Source of the DNA: an uncultured delta proteobacterium
GTDB taxonomy: Bacteria > Desulfobacterota > Binatia > UBA9968
NCBI GenBank assembly: GCA_963727625.1
Contig: CAVSHR010000004.1
Span: forward strand, 1,376,001 to 1,440,000
Direction of reading: 5' to 3'
Length of the DNA stretch: 64,000 nt
In this document: positions 9,884-20,031 of the stretch, one piece after another
How positions within the stretch are numbered: position 1 is the stretch's first letter
Layout: each line of letters starts with the position of its first letter
The notes under the pieces: model-generated
What the model was told of the DNA's origin: nothing
What the model saw: only the letters and a program-made list of their open reading frames with translations
Databases searched by the model: none
Made by a program: the position numbers and the translations under genes

Positions 9884-11295
9884 TCGGCGGCCTCCTTTCG
9901 ATCGGCGAGCCTGGAAAACATCAGCAGCATGGCGAGGATAAATCCGGCTTTGCCCACGGCGGCGAGCAGCGCCATGCCGGAAAACCCCCAGGCACGGACG
10001 ATGAACCAGGCCAGTCCGATCACCACGCCGGTTTGCAGCGCGTAACCGAGCGTCCAGAGGTTCAAGTGGGCCGAGGCGTAGTAAGCCGAATTCAACCAGA
10101 AGAAGATTGCGCTGACCGCCGCGCCCGCCATCATCAGCTGCACGCCGTGGACCATCGGCGCGTAGCGCGCGCCAAAGACCAGCGGAATCACGATCGGATA
10201 GAGCGGCAGGGACAGCAGCAGCAGGCCGCAAACCGGCAAACCGGCTTGAACGGTCCAGCCTTTCAACACGCCGCGCATGCGCTTGCCGCCGTCCAAGCTC
10301 CAGCGCGCCGAGAGCGAAGGATAGACCACTTTGCCCATGGAAGTTTCAAGATACGAACCGACGGTCACGATGCTGGCAGCCAGACGAAAAAAACCCGCGG
10401 CTTCCGGCCCGCGAAAATGGCCCAGCATCATCAAGGGCAGCTGACTCATCAAACCGCCGCCGGTGACGATCAGGTAATTCCAGCCAAACAGTCCGCTGAT
10501 TTCCTTGCGCAACGGACGGACCGCCGCCACCGAGCCGCTCCACCAAGCAGGCAAGTTTTCACGGCGCAATACATGATTCGCAATACCGGCGGCGAAGAGC
10601 GCGATCAGAACATTGCCGAGGGCGGCACCCAGTACGGCGCCGGCCACACCGTAACCGGCGAGCAACAAACCGATCACCAAAAGCGAGCCGATCAATTGAT
10701 CGAGCACTTGCAGCAGCGCGACCCAGTGGAATCGTTCGAACGACGTCAATACCGCCTGACTGGTCCCGCAGAGCGACCAGATCGGAAACGAAGACGCGAA
10801 CGCGATCATCAGCCAGGCGATATCCGCACGATTGAAAAATTGCTCCGCCACCCACCGGGCGGTGGCCGCAACCAAGAGTGCGGCGCCAAGCGAGACCAGG
10901 AAATCCAACGCGTAGCCCAACTTGCAGACGCCGGCGAGCATGGCCTCGCGCCGGTCGGAACGAAAGCGCGCTATGTATCGGGTCGTCACCAAACCGGATT
11001 TCACCGCCACCAGCGAGCCGAGCAGCATCGGATATGACATCACCACCGCTGTGAGGCCAAAATCTTTGGGCCCCAGCAAACGCGCGCTAACGATACTCGT
11101 CGCCAGGCCGATGGCGGCGGCGACATACTGCGACCCGGCAAGCAGCACCGCGCCTTCGGTCAAGGGATGGCGCGCCGTACGTCTGACCGCGGCGATCATG
11201 CCGTGGGTCAGCGTTTCGCGGCCCGCGACGCCGCTCAGCAGCGGCTCAGCCGCCTTGCCGGCTAAAGAATTTTTGAGCGATTGGAACCAAGGCAT
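9880..11295 (-). CDS. wzx: Wzx-type oligosaccharide flippase
   Basis: ARLLGPKDFG motif, many transmembrane segments, EPS cluster context. Confidence 0.85.
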   Translation of the reverse strand: MPWFQSLKNSLAGKAAEPLLSGVAGRETLTHGMIAAVRRTARHPLTEGAVLLAGSQYVAAAIGLATSIVSARLLGPKDFGLTAVVMSYPMLLGSLVAVKSGLVTTRYIARFRSDRREAMLAGVCKLGYALDFLVSLGAALLVAATARWVAEQFFNRADIAWLMIAFASSFPIWSLCGTSQAVLTSFERFHWVALLQVLDQLIGSLLVIGLLLAGYGVAGAVLGAALGNVLIALFAAGIANHVLRRENLPAWWSGSVAAVRPLRKEISGLFGWNYLIVTGGGLMSQLPLMMLGHFRGPEAAGFFRLAASIVTVGSYLETSMGKVVYPSLSARWSLDGGKRMRGVLKGWTVQAGLPVCGLLLLSLPLYPIVIPLVFGARYAPMVHGVQLMMAGAAVSAIFFWLNSAYYASAHLNLWTLGYALQTGVVIGLAWFIVRAWGFSGMALLAAVGKAGFILAMLLMFSRLADRKEAAE

Positions 11296-11393
11296 GTTGG
11301 CGTTTTCATGGGCGCGCCGGAGATCGTCGAGCCGGACTCGGCGCGTTTAGTCCACGGTTGATGAAAAAATATCTCCCCGGGCGCTGACGGCGC

Positions 11394-12242
11394 TTACTCC
11401 CGTATGCAGTAAAGATTGACGTACTTGGCGGCTTCGATCCGCGAATCCACCGGTTTGAGGCCGCGGTTGGCTTCGTCGATCATGAAGATCGCGAAATCGA
11501 GCCGGCGCAGCGCCGCCAGCAGCGATTGCGGCGATTCGCCGGCGAATTGCAGCGAGGTCGGATTGCACTCGACGAATAATTTTACCCTGCTGCCGGAATG
11601 CGCCAGAGTTTGGCTCAGCCCCCGTAGAGCCTGAATTTCGCCGCCCTCGATGTCGATCTTGACGACGTCGACCTTGAGTCCCCGATCGAGGAAATCGTCG
11701 GCGACGATGGTCTCGACCATGGTCGCATGGCCGCCGCCGGTGGCAATCAGGCTGCTCCGGCTCTGATCGCCGCCGTGGAGAAAAAACGGTTGCATACCGG
11801 CCTCGTCCGAGACCGCCTTGGGCAGGCAAATCACGCGCGCGCCTAGTCGATTCAAGCGCAGGTTCTCACTTAGCAGCTCATAATTGCGCGGATCGGGCTC
11901 GAACGCATAGACTCGTCCATGGGCGCCGACTCGGCGCGCCGCCAACAGGGTGTACCAACCGACGAAGGCGCCGATATCGAGCACCACCATCCCGGGGTGA
12001 ATCACATTGGCAAACAGGCGCGCCATCAGGGCCTCAATCTCTCCCCTGCGCAGCGCCCGGAGATAATGGCGGTGTTCCAATGACGCGCTGATATCGAATC
12101 CGTCGACCCGCACCGAAAGCCGGTTTCCCAAGAGCGGCATCAAAAGATTTTTTCCTGCGGGCGGCAACTGCGCCAGCCCGAGGCGCCGGCACAGGCCGCC
12201 CAATCGATCCAGCTTTTCGAGCACAGTCATTTGATCGATCAT
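11394..12242 (-). CDS. FkbM family SAM-dependent methyltransferase
   Basis: VLDIGAFVG, AFEPDP and KIDIEGGE motifs. Confidence 0.9.
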   Translation of the reverse strand: MIDQMTVLEKLDRLGGLCRRLGLAQLPPAGKNLLMPLLGNRLSVRVDGFDISASLEHRHYLRALRRGEIEALMARLFANVIHPGMVVLDIGAFVGWYTLLAARRVGAHGRVYAFEPDPRNYELLSENLRLNRLGARVICLPKAVSDEAGMQPFFLHGGDQSRSSLIATGGGHATMVETIVADDFLDRGLKVDVVKIDIEGGEIQALRGLSQTLAHSGSRVKLFVECNPTSLQFAGESPQSLLAALRRLDFAIFMIDEANRGLKPVDSRIEAAKYVNLYCIRE

Positions 12243-12275
12243 TGGAATCCCCTTTCCTCGCCACCCGGCCGCAGG

Positions 12276-13478
12276 TCAGCCGTCGTGCGCCTCGACCGCG
12301 CCGAGGCTTCGCCTCTCGCGCCGCTGTTCGCGCCTTGCGGTTGCTTGAAGCAGAGCCGCCGTCTGTTCGATCATCCGGGCGGAATTGAATTGCGCCGCAG
12401 TGCGCCGGGCTTCCTCGGCCAAGCGTTTTCGCAAGTCCGGCGTCGATAAGAGCTCCGATAAAACTTCGCATAGCGCGCCGTTGATCTCCGGGGCGATGAG
12501 CCGGCCGTTCTCGCCATCGCGCACCACTTCGGGCGTGCCGCCCACTGCCGTGGCCGCCACCGGCAGACCCAGGCTCATCGCCTCGAGCACCACATGGGGC
12601 AATCCTTCGGTGGTCGAATTGAGCACGAAAAGATCGCAAGCAGCCATCAAAGCCAGCGCTTCCTCCCTGCTTCTTTGCCCGGCGAAATAAACTCGCTCGG
12701 CCAGCCCGCGCTGCCGCGTCAACGCTTCCAGCCCCCGCCGTTCCGAACCGTCGCCGACGATCACCAGTCCGACGTTATCCAGCGCGGCCACGGCCTGGAC
12801 GATGCGGTCGACCTGCTTGATGGGGATCAGCCGGCCGACGGTGACGATCTTGAGCGCGGCGGCCAGCGGGATTTTTGCCGGCGCCACGGCCGGGCAATCG
12901 ACGCCATTGAATATCGGCGCGATTTTTTCCGCGGCTACGCCCCAGGCCGCGACAGTGCGCGCCAGATATCGGCTCGGCGTGATCAGCGCATCGGCACGGC
13001 GCGCGCAAAAATTCCTCAGGGCTTTAAAGGTCTGCACTCGCCAGCCGGACCATTCGTTTTGAAATGTCTCGAAGCTCGAGGCTACCCAGCCCTGTTGCAG
13101 CGAATGCTCCCACGCCCAATCACCGACCCATTTCTGCACCAGCGGTTTACGCAACAGAAGATTGGCCAGCGCCGCTTCCATATAGAGTCCCTGGACAAAC
13201 AGTAGATCGGCGTCTTGGGCGCCGCGCACGAGCGCGGCCACGGTGCGGAAAAATCGCCAGGGCTTGAACAAACCGCGGCGAATGCGCGTCACGGCAAAGG
13301 GAAAACGAGCAGTGGCGCCGGCGGATTCACTCAGGGTCAGCACCGCGACCCGATGGCCCCGTTCGGCCAGCGCCGTCGCTATCTTCGGCACGTAGGTGGC
13401 TGGGCCGCCGATATCGGGAGGAAAGATGCCGGTGACGAATTGGATATTGAGCCGGTCCGAAGCCGCGTGCCGCGCCAT
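12276..13478 (-). CDS. Glycosyltransferase family 4
   Basis: FPPDIGGPATY and EGLPHVVLEAMS motifs. Confidence 0.9.
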   Translation of the reverse strand: MARHAASDRLNIQFVTGIFPPDIGGPATYVPKIATALAERGHRVAVLTLSESAGATARFPFAVTRIRRGLFKPWRFFRTVAALVRGAQDADLLFVQGLYMEAALANLLLRKPLVQKWVGDWAWEHSLQQGWVASSFETFQNEWSGWRVQTFKALRNFCARRADALITPSRYLARTVAAWGVAAEKIAPIFNGVDCPAVAPAKIPLAAALKIVTVGRLIPIKQVDRIVQAVAALDNVGLVIVGDGSERRGLEALTRQRGLAERVYFAGQRSREEALALMAACDLFVLNSTTEGLPHVVLEAMSLGLPVAATAVGGTPEVVRDGENGRLIAPEINGALCEVLSELLSTPDLRKRLAEEARRTAAQFNSARMIEQTAALLQATARREQRRERRSLGAVEAHDG

Positions 13479-14779
13479 CACAGGCTCCAGTACAGGACGC
13501 CGTTTTTGTCGCCGGCATCGCGATAGGCGCCCTTGATATCGATGAACACGGCCGGCTTGCCGCCGTTGCGCAACAGTCCAGTATAGGCTTCCGGCGGCAT
13601 ATCGAGAAACATGCGGTGCGGCACCGCCAGCACCACCGCGTCGAATTTCTCTTTCGCCGCAAAGGGATTTTTGCGCGGCCGCATGTCGAGTTTTTGGATC
13701 GCGTCGGCGCCGACATGGGGATCGTAAACCGCCACTTCGACGCCGTGGTTCTCCAGCTCTTGAACCACTTCGACCACCCGGGTATTGCGCAAATCGCTGA
13801 CGTCTTCCTTGAATGTCGCGCCAAGGATCAACGCCGAGGCGCCGCGCACGACGCGCCTGGCGCGAATCAACAGCTTGACCGTTTCCTGAGCCACGTAGTG
13901 CCCCATGTAGTCATTGATTCTTCTTCCAGCAAGAATCACGTCCGGATGGTGGTCGAGTTCCTGGGCTTTGAACGTGAGATAGTAGGGGTCCACCGGAATG
14001 CAGTGGCCGCCGACCAGGCCCGGCTCATAGCAGAGAAAATTCCATTTGCTGCGCGCCGCCTTGAGCACCTCCTGGGTGTCCAGGCCCATGCGGTGAAACA
14101 GCACCGCCAGCTCGTTCATCAGGGCGATGTTCAAATCCCGTTGCACGTTTTCAATCACCTTGGCGGCTTCGGCGGTGCGAATGGTCGGCGCCCGGTAAAC
14201 TCCCGCGTCGACCACCAGGCCATAGATTGCGGCGAGTTTTTCCGTCGTCTCATCGTCCTGTCCGGCAACAATCTTGGTGACTGTGTGCAGCGCGTGTTCA
14301 TGATCTCCAGGGTTGATCCGTTCCGGGGAGTAACCGACTTTGAATTCGCGGCCGGCCTTCAGGCCGGACTCGGCTTCGAGCACCGGCACGCAGACCTCCT
14401 CGGTGCAGCCGGGATACACCGTGGATTCATAGACGACGATCGCGCCGCGAGTGAGATTTTGTGCCACCAGCCGGCTGGCGTCGACGAGATGCGACAAGTC
14501 CGGCCGCTTCGCCTTGTCCACCGGCGTCGGCACGGCGATCACAATCACCGAGGCCCGTTGCAGAAGCGCCGGGTCGCTGGTGAACTCCAGGAGCGGCCCG
14601 CGCAGGTCCGCTTTGCTCAGCTCGCCGTTGCGATCGTTGCCTTCGAGCAGCTCCCGAACCCGCTGCTCGTCGACGTCGAAGCCGACCGTCGGAACGACTT
14701 TGCCAAATGCCGAAGCCAGCGGCAGCCCCACATAACCCAATCCGACGACGGCGACACAGCGGGGCAAATTTGTTTTCAT
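13478..14779 (-). CDS. Nucleotide-sugar 6-dehydrogenase (WbpO/TviB-like UDP-HexNAc dehydrogenase)
   Basis: VVGLGYVGLP, YESTVYPG, YSPERINPG and GGHCIPVDPYY motifs; ATG at 14779. Confidence 0.9.
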   Translation of the reverse strand: MKTNLPRCVAVVGLGYVGLPLASAFGKVVPTVGFDVDEQRVRELLEGNDRNGELSKADLRGPLLEFTSDPALLQRASVIVIAVPTPVDKAKRPDLSHLVDASRLVAQNLTRGAIVVYESTVYPGCTEEVCVPVLEAESGLKAGREFKVGYSPERINPGDHEHALHTVTKIVAGQDDETTEKLAAIYGLVVDAGVYRAPTIRTAEAAKVIENVQRDLNIALMNELAVLFHRMGLDTQEVLKAARSKWNFLCYEPGLVGGHCIPVDPYYLTFKAQELDHHPDVILAGRRINDYMGHYVAQETVKLLIRARRVVRGASALILGATFKEDVSDLRNTRVVEVVQELENHGVEVAVYDPHVGADAIQKLDMRPRKNPFAAKEKFDAVVLAVPHRMFLDMPPEAYTGLLRNGGKPAVFIDIKGAYRDAGDKNGVLYWSL

Positions 14780-16590
14780 GATTTTCTGACTCCCTCCTCG
14801 ATGAATTCGAATTGCAGCGACTTGACCCAGAGCCCGAGCGGTTCGCACAGCGCGCGGATCTGCTGTGCCTGCCCCCCGGCGAGAAGATCCGGTGCGGCAA
14901 TGATGCAGCCGCAAATCTGATTGCGCTCGAGGATTTGCGGCAGCTTTTCCGCGCCGCCGAAGATCCGCAGACCGGCGACGCTACGGCCTTCCTTGATGGG
15001 ATCGTCGTCGAGAAAGCCGATCGGGCAGTAAGCGATCTTAGGATTGTGCCGGCACTCGCGCACCACGGCCTCGCCGCGATCACCCGCGCCGTAGACAAGA
15101 ATAGGGATGCGCTGTCGCCGCGGCCGGTCTATGAGCAGACCGAACAGCCGGAAGGAAAGGCGGCTGCCGGCCATGCCGACAAAGAGCAACAGGGCGTAGA
15201 GAATGAACACCACCCGCGAGTAGCCGGCGAAGCCGTACAAGTGGGTCAACGCGACCACCGCCAACCCGGCGGCGCAAAGCACGGCAGCGGCGATGCGCAC
15301 GAGGTCATCGAGGCCGGTGTAGCGCCACAGCCCGCGATAAACGCCCATCATCTGGAAGCCGGCGTAGGCGGCGATCATCACGATGGGTAGCGAGGCGAGA
15401 TAGAGATTTATCAGGGAAGGACTCAGGCGAAATTCAAACCGCAAGGCATAAGCCAGGTAGTAGGCAAAGGCGATCAGGAAAAAATCCAGCGTCACTTCCA
15501 TGAGCCGCCGTTTGTAAGCGAGCGCGGCTAGGAAAGCGGCCAGCTTCTTTGCTGCGGCGTGCCGCGCGCCGCCTGGAAGCGCCACCAGTTCGACCTGCGC
15601 CAGATAGGCCGTGAAAAGAGTGAAAATCAGAACGACCAGCGGAAAGACCGCCAAGCCCAAGGCGTAGGACAGCTGCTTGATGACCACCGCCGTGGCGCCG
15701 GACACCGCGGCCATGAAATAGAGCAGCAGCACCGCCTGGGACTCGCTCAAGCCGAGAAACACCAGGCGATGGGACGCATGATCCTTGCCGCCCTGGGAAA
15801 TCGGCTGGCCGCGCAACAATCGCGTCATCGTCACCAGCGTCGTGTCGAGGATCGGCACCAGCAGGATGCACGCCGGCACGGCGATCAAGGACAAGATGTT
15901 GGAAGCCTGGCCGTTGGCATGAATCGTCAGAAGGCTCAGCGACATCCCCAAGAACAAGCTGCCCCCATCGCCCATGAAGATCGACGCCGGATTGAAATTG
16001 AACAGGAGAAATCCGGCCACACCGCCGGCGAGCGCAAGGGCGGCGATGAAATAATCCTGCTCCCCCTGGACGTGGAACAGATACGCCAGATAAGCCGCCG
16101 CAATCAGACCGATGCCGGCGGCGAGACCGTCCATGTTGTCGAGCAGGTTGAAAGCATTGGTCAATCCGATGATCCAAAACGCGGTTAGCAAAAGGTCCGG
16201 CGGTCCCCAGGAGAAAAAGCGCAACTGAAAACCGAAGAACAGCGCTGCGGCGGCCGCGGCGATCTGCCCCGACAGTTTCGCCGCCGGCGTCAACTGCCGG
16301 AAATCATCGTAGACACCCAGGCAAAACGCCGCCGTCACGATCAGGAGATAGGGCGCCAGGGACCCGGGATGGGACGCAAAGCAGACGGTCAACAACAGGA
16401 TCGGAAAAAAGAACGCGATGCCGCCGCTGGTCGGCGTGGCGCTCTTGTGCCAGCGCGCGGCGTTCGGCACGGCAATGCAATTCCAGCGCGCGGCGAGGCG
16501 ACCGCAAATCGGCACGCTCAACGCGGTCAGCGCGAAAGCGCCGGCCGGAACGACCAACGAGGCTGCCTCTTGCCACTGGGTAATCATCAT
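14776..16590 (-). CDS. WecA/MraY-like polyprenyl-phosphate HexNAc-1-P transferase fused to a PglF/CapD-type N-terminal membrane + Rossmann-like domain
   Basis: TPTSGG, GVYDD, NAFNLLDNMDG, FMGDGGS and DHASHRL motifs. The C-terminal part has YRGLWRY, LVYGAGDRG and GFLDDDP. Confidence 0.85.
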   Translation of the reverse strand: MMITQWQEAASLVVPAGAFALTALSVPICGRLAARWNCIAVPNAARWHKSATPTSGGIAFFFPILLLTVCFASHPGSLAPYLLIVTAAFCLGVYDDFRQLTPAAKLSGQIAAAAAALFFGFQLRFFSWGPPDLLLTAFWIIGLTNAFNLLDNMDGLAAGIGLIAAAYLAYLFHVQGEQDYFIAALALAGGVAGFLLFNFNPASIFMGDGGSLFLGMSLSLLTIHANGQASNILSLIAVPACILLVPILDTTLVTMTRLLRGQPISQGGKDHASHRLVFLGLSESQAVLLLYFMAAVSGATAVVIKQLSYALGLAVFPLVVLIFTLFTAYLAQVELVALPGGARHAAAKKLAAFLAALAYKRRLMEVTLDFFLIAFAYYLAYALRFEFRLSPSLINLYLASLPIVMIAAYAGFQMMGVYRGLWRYTGLDDLVRIAAAVLCAAGLAVVALTHLYGFAGYSRVVFILYALLLFVGMAGSRLSFRLFGLLIDRPRRQRIPILVYGAGDRGEAVVRECRHNPKIAYCPIGFLDDDPIKEGRSVAGLRIFGGAEKLPQILERNQICGCIIAAPDLLAGGQAQQIRALCEPLGLWVKSLQFEFIEEGVRKS

Positions 16591-16617
16591 GGACTTCGCG
16601 GTGCCGGCGCTTGCCCG

Positions 16618-17631
16618 CTAGACGGCATGTTCCATCACGAGCTGCGGCCCCGAGGTCAAGCTTGCGGCGGCCTCCGCCCGGTAATAATCAATGACACTGG
16701 CGACGATATCCTCGATGCTTCGCACCGGGCGAAAAGCGACCAGTTTCTTGATCTTTCTGATGTCGGGCACCCGCCTGGGCATATCCTCAAAACCTTCTTC
16801 ATAGGCCTGGTCGTAGGGAATGAAGCGAATCGGCGACGCGCTGCGCGCAACCGAACGCACTAATTCAGCGAGTCGCAGTATGGTAATTTCGCTCTCGCTG
16901 CCGACGTTGAAGATTTCGCCGATCGCGCCGCGGTGAAGCGTCAGCCGGGCGAGCGCCTCGACGGCGTCCTCGACGTGGCAGAAACAACGCGATTGCGCGC
17001 CGTCGCCGTAAACCGTCAAGGGCAGACCCGCCAGGGCCTGGCGCACAAAGGTCGGCAGCACCATTCCGTAGCGCCCGGTTTGGCGCGGTCCGACGGTGTT
17101 GAACAGGCGCACGATCACCACCGGGAGTTTTCTTTCTTTGCGATAAGCGAGCGCGAGAAATTCGTCGATCGCCTTGGAACAGGCATAGCTCCAGCGCCCC
17201 TTGGAGGTCGGACCCATCACCAGATCGTCGGTTTCGGAAAAGGGAATCTTGCTGGCTTTGCCGTAGACCTCGGAGGTGCTGGCGATCAAGACCCGTTTTT
17301 GCTTCTTGCTGGCGAATTCCAGCACTCCTTCGGTGCCTTTGACGTTGGTCTCGATGGTGCGCACCGGGCTCTCGACGATCAGCCGCACGCCCACCGAGGC
17401 GGCCAGGTGAACGATCGAATCGCACTCATCGATGAGCTCGGCGAGCAAGGGACGATTGAAAATCGTGTCGACGACGTACTCGAATCGCGGCTCGGCTTTG
17501 AAATGCTCGATGTTATGCATCGAGCCGGTGCACAGATCGTCGAGAACGGTGACATGATGGCCGTCTGCGAGCAGCCGCTCGGATAGATGGGAGCCGATGA
17601 AACCCGCCCCGCCAGTGATCAAATAACGCAT
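16618..17631 (-). CDS. NAD-dependent nucleotide-sugar epimerase/dehydratase (extended SDR)
   Basis: MRYLITGGAGFIGSH, ASTSEVYG, YACSK and RLFNTVGPRQ motifs. Confidence 0.92.
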   Translation of the reverse strand: MRYLITGGAGFIGSHLSERLLADGHHVTVLDDLCTGSMHNIEHFKAEPRFEYVVDTIFNRPLLAELIDECDSIVHLAASVGVRLIVESPVRTIETNVKGTEGVLEFASKKQKRVLIASTSEVYGKASKIPFSETDDLVMGPTSKGRWSYACSKAIDEFLALAYRKERKLPVVIVRLFNTVGPRQTGRYGMVLPTFVRQALAGLPLTVYGDGAQSRCFCHVEDAVEALARLTLHRGAIGEIFNVGSESEITILRLAELVRSVARSASPIRFIPYDQAYEEGFEDMPRRVPDIRKIKKLVAFRPVRSIEDIVASVIDYYRAEAAASLTSGPQLVMEHAV

Positions 17632-17690
17632 AGAAACCGTTCCTCCGTGGCCAAAAATATTTTCTTCTTTCTGCATCCAGGGAATGCGAC

Positions 17691-19997
17691 TCACGCCAAC
17701 CGGACCGACGAATAGTATTCGCCGTCGTAATATTGATAGTAATCCTCGTAATCGCCGCTTCTCAGATCGACTCGATTGAGCACCACGCCGAGGAGCTTTG
17801 TGCGCTCGCCGCGCAATTCGGCGAGCGCGCCCTTGACCCAATTCTTCGGGGTTTCCTGCCCGCGCACGACGAAGACCACGCCGTCAACCATCTTGGACAG
17901 CATCACCGCATCGCTCACAGGCATCACCGGCGGCGAATCGATGAATATGAAATCGAAGCTCTCCTTGAGGCGCGTCAAGGCGTCGCGCATTCTTTGCGAA
18001 CCGACGAGTTCGGCGGGATTGGGCGCCGGAGCGCCGCAGTTGAGCACCGAGAGATTGGCCACCGACGTGGGCTGAATCATCCGGTCGAGCTCTTCTTGGC
18101 CGACCAGGAAATCGGTCAGGCCGCGATCGTTGTTCACCCTCAGAGCGCGGTGGCATTGCGGCCGGCGCAAGTCCGCGTCGATCACCAGGCAGTGATAGCC
18201 GAGATGCGCAAACATGATCGCCGTGTTGGTCACCGAAATGGTTTTGCCCTCGCCCGCAGTGCTGCTGGTAAAGAGAATCGTTTGAGGCGGCTGGGCCGGC
18301 CGGGAGTAGAGAATCGAGGTCCGCAGCTTTCGATACGCCTCGGTGATCACGGTAAACCGGAGATTGGAGGGCACCGGACTTTTGTTCGGCACGCAAAGCT
18401 GCGCATCAAGCACCGGCTTGCGCGAGGTAAAGGGCAAGCGCCATTTGGCCGCATTTCTCGGCAAGCTGAAGAAGTCCGGGACGACCACCAGATTGGTCAG
18501 ATGGAGATTGCGCTCGACATCCTCCGGCGTCCGCAGCGTGTTGTCGAAATGCTCCGAGAGAAACGCCCAGCCCAGGCCCGCCATCAAACCGAACACGGCG
18601 GCGAGCATCACCGTCAAGCGTTTCTGCGGCGCCGACGGCAGCAGGGGAATTTCCGCGTTGTCGATAATCGTAATATTCGACGCCGGAATCTCTGCGGCCA
18701 AGCCGACCTCCTTGATCCGTTCCAATACGCTGTCGTAGAGCTGCTTGTTGGTGTCCGCCTCGCGCGACAGGATGGCGTACTCGACCGACGCGTCCTTCAA
18801 GGCCAGGGCGTCGGATTTTTGCCGATTCATCTGTGTTCGGAGATCTTTTTCTTTCGCCGCGGCGGCGTAAAAGGAGGAGTTAATGCCTTCGACGACGCTT
18901 TTGATTTGGGCGGCGAGCCGTTGCCTGGCGTCCGCCAACTGGGCCTGCACCTGAGCCAGCTTCGGATAGCCGGGCTTGAACTGGGCGGCGAGGTTCGCTT
19001 CCTGGCCTTCGAGAGTGACGACCTGCGACTTCAAGTTCTGGATCAGCGGATTGTTGATTACCGCGGGAAGCGAATTGTAGTCGCGCTGCTGGATCATGCG
19101 TGCGTTCGCTTCCACGCCGATGCGCTCCGCTTCGGCCTCGGTGAGCCGCTTGTTGAGGTCGGCGAGGCGATCGACGACGATATTTTCTTTGTCGTCGAGA
19201 GAGATGATGCCCTTGCTGCGGCGGAACTGATTCAGTGACTCCTCGGAATTTTGCACGCGCTGCTTGAGCTCGGCCAACTTGCTTTCGAGAAATTTACGCG
19301 CTCCCTCGTTGGCTCGCGAACGCAATTGGATCCCCTGTTGAATGAAGGCGTTGGCGTGGGCATTGGCGATCGCCGCGGACAGCGCGGGGTCGGGCGTGCT
19401 CACGGCCACGTCCACCAGACGGCTGCGTTTGACCGGATCGATTGCGACCATTTTCTCATAGCCGTTGATCAACCGCGGATCGACGCCATAAGGATCTTGG
19501 GCTTTGCCGCCCGGCGTTCGCTGAGCGGTGATCCAAGCCGTCACCATCGACCATAATTGCCCCAGGGGTGATGCGCTGCTCCCCGTGAAAAGCGGATTCT
19601 TCTCCAGCCCGAGTTGGCGGATCACCGCGGCAGCCAGGCTCCGGCTCTTCAGCATCTCGTATTGGCTCTGATAGTAATTGTGCTCGTCGGACTCCACCGA
19701 CTCCGACAACACCTGCTGGACATTGACGACCTGCGGCCCTTTGCGCTCGATTACGAGCTTGGCTCGCGCCGTATAGATAGGCGTGGCCAGCAGCACGCTG
19801 ACGACGGCGACCACCACGGCTGCGGTCAAGCAACCAATGATGCGCCACTTGTGCTTTCTGGCGATCTGCCAGTAGTCGCGGATATGCGGGGCGTCGCTCG
19901 CATCGACAAGCCGGGCGCTCGCTAGCGGGTCTTCCTCCGCTTGGCCCGGGACAAAATAGAGTGTGCCTCGCTTCGAATAGGGTGAAACATCATTCAT
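17691..19997 (-). CDS. wzc: Polysaccharide co-polymerase / BY-kinase Wzc
   Basis: Two TM segments, coiled periplasmic region, Walker A TSSTAGEGKT, IDADLRRP, IDSPP and a C-terminal tyrosine cluster DYEDYYQYYDGEYY. Confidence 0.93.
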   Translation of the reverse strand: MNDVSPYSKRGTLYFVPGQAEEDPLASARLVDASDAPHIRDYWQIARKHKWRIIGCLTAAVVVAVVSVLLATPIYTARAKLVIERKGPQVVNVQQVLSESVESDEHNYYQSQYEMLKSRSLAAAVIRQLGLEKNPLFTGSSASPLGQLWSMVTAWITAQRTPGGKAQDPYGVDPRLINGYEKMVAIDPVKRSRLVDVAVSTPDPALSAAIANAHANAFIQQGIQLRSRANEGARKFLESKLAELKQRVQNSEESLNQFRRSKGIISLDDKENIVVDRLADLNKRLTEAEAERIGVEANARMIQQRDYNSLPAVINNPLIQNLKSQVVTLEGQEANLAAQFKPGYPKLAQVQAQLADARQRLAAQIKSVVEGINSSFYAAAAKEKDLRTQMNRQKSDALALKDASVEYAILSREADTNKQLYDSVLERIKEVGLAAEIPASNITIIDNAEIPLLPSAPQKRLTVMLAAVFGLMAGLGWAFLSEHFDNTLRTPEDVERNLHLTNLVVVPDFFSLPRNAAKWRLPFTSRKPVLDAQLCVPNKSPVPSNLRFTVITEAYRKLRTSILYSRPAQPPQTILFTSSTAGEGKTISVTNTAIMFAHLGYHCLVIDADLRRPQCHRALRVNNDRGLTDFLVGQEELDRMIQPTSVANLSVLNCGAPAPNPAELVGSQRMRDALTRLKESFDFIFIDSPPVMPVSDAVMLSKMVDGVVFVVRGQETPKNWVKGALAELRGERTKLLGVVLNRVDLRSGDYEDYYQYYDGEYYSSVRLA

Positions 19998-20031
19998 AAA
20001 TGACTCTCTCCTGGCCTTCGACACTGCCGCA

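Noticed and set aside
452-19238. Long plus-strand ORFs (452-2017, 7475-8833, 10033-11037, 13616-14920, 17733-19238)
   Set aside because: Antisense shadows of well-supported minus-strand EPS genes; expected at high GC and lacking motifs.
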